A DNA stretch of 64,000 nucleotides, taken from the NCBI GenBank assembly GCA_945877805.1, contig CAMCSM010000004.1, positions 1,582 through 65,581 of the forward strand, written 5' to 3'. This document shows, piece by piece, positions 62,094-64,000 of this stretch. The notes beneath the pieces are model-generated. The model saw only the letters and a list, made by a program, of their open reading frames with translations, was not told the DNA's origin and did no database searches. A program made the translations under genes and the position numbers. How positions within the stretch are numbered: position 1 is the first letter of the stretch; each line of letters opens with the position of its first letter. This stretch comes from Methylacidiphilum caldifontis. GTDB taxonomy: Bacteria > Verrucomicrobiota > Verrucomicrobiia > Methylacidiphilales > CAMAQI01.

Positions 62094-62960
62094 ATGAGTA
62101 CAACACTCGAAAAATCTGCTAATCAAAAGAAGAAGGAGGAGGCCATGAGTATCAACTCGTTAATTAACCCCTCGATGGAGTCTATGATGACCGAAACAAA
62201 ACCGAAACCGATCATTGAGATCGATAATGTCGATTTTTACTATGGTGCCACCAAGGCGTTGCATGGCATTACCTTGAATATTGAACCGAAAAAAGTGACC
62301 GCTTTTATCGGGCCCTCGGGTTGCGGTAAATCGACATTGCTTCGTTGTATTAACCGGATGAATGACCTCGTCGATATTGCCCGAGTCGGGGCGGGTCAAT
62401 TTCGGATCAGCGGGGTCGATATTTATCATCCAAGCGTCGATGTGATTGAGCTTCGCAAACGAGTGGGAATGGTTTTTCAGAAGTCGAATCCTTTTCCAAA
62501 ATCGATCTACGAAAACATTGTTTACGGTCTGCGAATTCAAGGGATCAATGATAAAAAACGGCTCGATGAAGTGGTGGAGAAGAGTCTTCGCGGAGCAGCA
62601 CTTTGGGATGAGGTGAAAGATCGGCTTCATGATTCCGCCTTAGGGTTATCGGGAGGTCAGATGCAGCGGATTTGTATCGCTCGGGCGATTGCGGTCGATC
62701 CAGAGATCATTTTGATGGATGAGCCCTGTTCGGCATTGGATCCAATTGCGACCGCGAAAGTCGAGGAGTTGATCCACGAATTGAAAACGAAGTTTACGAT
62801 CGTGATCGTGACTCATAATATGCAACAAGCGGGACGCTGTTCCGATACGACCGCCTTTTTCTATCTTGGAAAGTTGATCGAAATTGGAAATACGGAGAAA
62901 ATCTTTACGAATCCAACGCAACAACAGACCGAGGATTACATCACCGGTCGATTTGGCTAA
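62094..62960 (+). CDS. pstB: Phosphate ABC transporter ATP-binding protein
   Basis: GPSGCGKST Walker [15 protein letters not shown] signature motif, [12 protein letters not shown] Walker B, and the PstB-typical tail [10 protein letters not shown]. Confidence 0.92.
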   Translation: MSTTLEKSANQKKKEEAMSINSLINPSMESMMTETKPKPIIEIDNVDFYYGATKALHGITLNIEPKKVTAFIGPSGCGKSTLLRCINRMNDLVDIARVGAGQFRISGVDIYHPSVDVIELRKRVGMVFQKSNPFPKSIYENIVYGLRIQGINDKKRLDEVVEKSLRGAALWDEVKDRLHDSALGLSGGQMQRICIARAIAVDPEIILMDEPCSALDPIATAKVEELIHELKTKFTIVIVTHNMQQAGRCSDTTAFFYLGKLIEIGNTEKIFTNPTQQQTEDYITGRFG

Positions 62961-62990
62961 TTTTTAAAAGCGCAAAGCCGCTTTTAAAAA
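62961..62990. terminator. Perfect 12-bp AT-rich hairpin between pstB and phoU
   Basis: tttttaaaagcg-caaagc-cgcttttaaaaa, starting 1 nt after the pstB stop. It may act as an attenuator. Confidence 0.5.
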
Positions 62991-63062
62991 TGATTTAAGA
63001 GAGATGATCGTTGTCTTTTAAATGTGGGGAGAGAGTTTTTAAAATGAAGAAGAGGGAGTTCT

Positions 63063-63737
63063 ATGTCACAAGTATTTGAGCAGCAATTAAATCATATCCG
63101 CGAACAACTTTTAATGATGGCCAGTTTGGTGGAGAGAAATCTTCATCTCTCGATCAAGTGTCTCGTGGAACGTGATTCCGTCATGGCTTCGGTAGTGGAG
63201 TCGGAGGATAATGAGATCGATGCTTTAGAGGTTCACATCGATGAACTGATTGTGACTTATATGGCGACTCATGGAGCGATGGCCAAGGATTGTCGTTTCT
63301 TGATCGTCTCTTCGAAAATTGTAAGTAACTTAGAGCGGATGGCTGATCAAGCGGTTTCAATTGCTCGCCGTGCCAAAGATTTGAATTCCGAGACCCAGCT
63401 CAAACCGTTGATTGATCTTCCTCGGATGGGAATGATTGGAATTGAGATGTTAAAAGAGGGGATCGGGGCGCTCATTGAGAAGAATCCGGAGAAGGCTCAA
63501 GAGGTGATTCTTCGGGATAAATCGGTGGATGATATCAATCGCCAGCTGACCCGTGAGATGACGACCTATATGATTGAAGATCCGAAGAATATTACCCGTT
63601 GTTTGAATCTTCTTTTTGTCTCCCGCTCGATTGAGCGGATGGCCGATCACGCGAAGAATATCGCTGAAGAGGTCTACTATCTTTATCGCGCGAAGGATAT
63701 TCGCCATCAGAATAGCCTCAGCTCGACGATTTCGTAA
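63063..63737 (+). CDS. phoU: Phosphate signalling complex protein PhoU
   Basis: Two PhoU repeats with E(D)xxxD motifs (VESEDNEIDALE and LERMADQA; later RSIERMADHAKNIAEEV). Confidence 0.9.
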   Translation: MSQVFEQQLNHIREQLLMMASLVERNLHLSIKCLVERDSVMASVVESEDNEIDALEVHIDELIVTYMATHGAMAKDCRFLIVSSKIVSNLERMADQAVSIARRAKDLNSETQLKPLIDLPRMGMIGIEMLKEGIGALIEKNPEKAQEVILRDKSVDDINRQLTREMTTYMIEDPKNITRCLNLLFVSRSIERMADHAKNIAEEVYYLYRAKDIRHQNSLSSTIS

Positions 63738-63756
63738 TGATTCATTCAAAACCGTT

Positions 63757-63802
63757 TTAACCACAAAAGGTTCGGGAACCGAAAAGCTATTCTTCGCTAG
63801 AA
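63757..63802 (+). repeat. Module M3
   Basis: 43/46 identical to 29970-30015. It begins 20 nt after the phoU stop. Confidence 0.85.
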
Positions 63803-63926
63803 GCGGAAATAATTTTGGCTCGCTGGGAAAACCATTCGTGAAACGAAAAATAGGAAAACAGGGTCTGATTGTTTGGTGCGGGGGCATACGGGGGGCACAA
63901 CCAAATCGAAGATTTGTACGGGGGAG

Positions 63927-64000
63927 CAAATGGACACTGATGAACACGGATAGAGGAAGAGGCGGGGAAGAGAGGCTAATGGACTAATGGGCTGTACAGT
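63927..64000 (-). repeat. Element R1, copy c (inverted, truncated by the window end)
   Basis: The reverse complement reads actgtacagcccattagtccattagcctctcttccccgcctcttcctctatccgtgttcat..., matching copies a and b. It also has an 11-bp insertion like copy b's, differing at one base. Confidence 0.85.

Overview
This is a 64-kb chromosomal window. It looks like a PVC-superphylum (Verrucomicrobia-like) bacterium. That is an inference from the prepilin-type N-termini, a MurC-MurB fusion, a 'small basic protein' and the style of the intergenic repeats, not a database result.

Coding content, in order:
- partial lysR, yggS and hldD
- a GAF histidine kinase, a membrane histidine kinase and a receiver protein
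- a 5'-truncated DUF4143 ATPase
- a ~19-kb dcw cluster, largely tightly packed: mraZ-rsmH-ftsL-ftsI-murE-murF-mraY-murD-(LysM protein)-ftsW-murG-murC::murB-ddl-ftsQ-ftsA-ftsZ
- a hybrid PAS kinase
- cimA, a DUF1232 protein, trmB, an FNR-only CysJ-like reductase, an unlisted 51-aa small basic protein, an rluB-like synthase, argH and an unknown ORF
- a pseudopilin plus a 3x79-aa repeat membrane protein
- an M50 protease plus a beta-lactamase-fold protein whose SxxK motif reads AxxQ
- a translationally coupled NamZ(DUF1343)/RelE-like/vWA trio
- four unrecognisable ORFs
- an FAD oxidoreductase, a lone nuoH and ribH-nusB
- tRNA-Arg(UCU) followed by a GIY-YIG ORF and a tRNA 3' fragment
- hicB-like, sufT-araC and lysC
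- a Pho cluster (porin-pstSCAB-phoU)

I saw no rRNA, CRISPR array, transposase or integrase.

The most unusual signal is non-coding. Almost every long intergenic gap is assembled from a shared vocabulary of short modules, each a 2-3x stutter of an 8-10 nt word. The modules are reused in both orientations, often as inverted pairs. They include a ~100-bp palindromic element that flanks lysC as direct repeats, and a 59-nt two-hairpin element whose two copies differ only at unpaired positions.

All calls come from reading the sequence and recalling family motifs. No searches were run.
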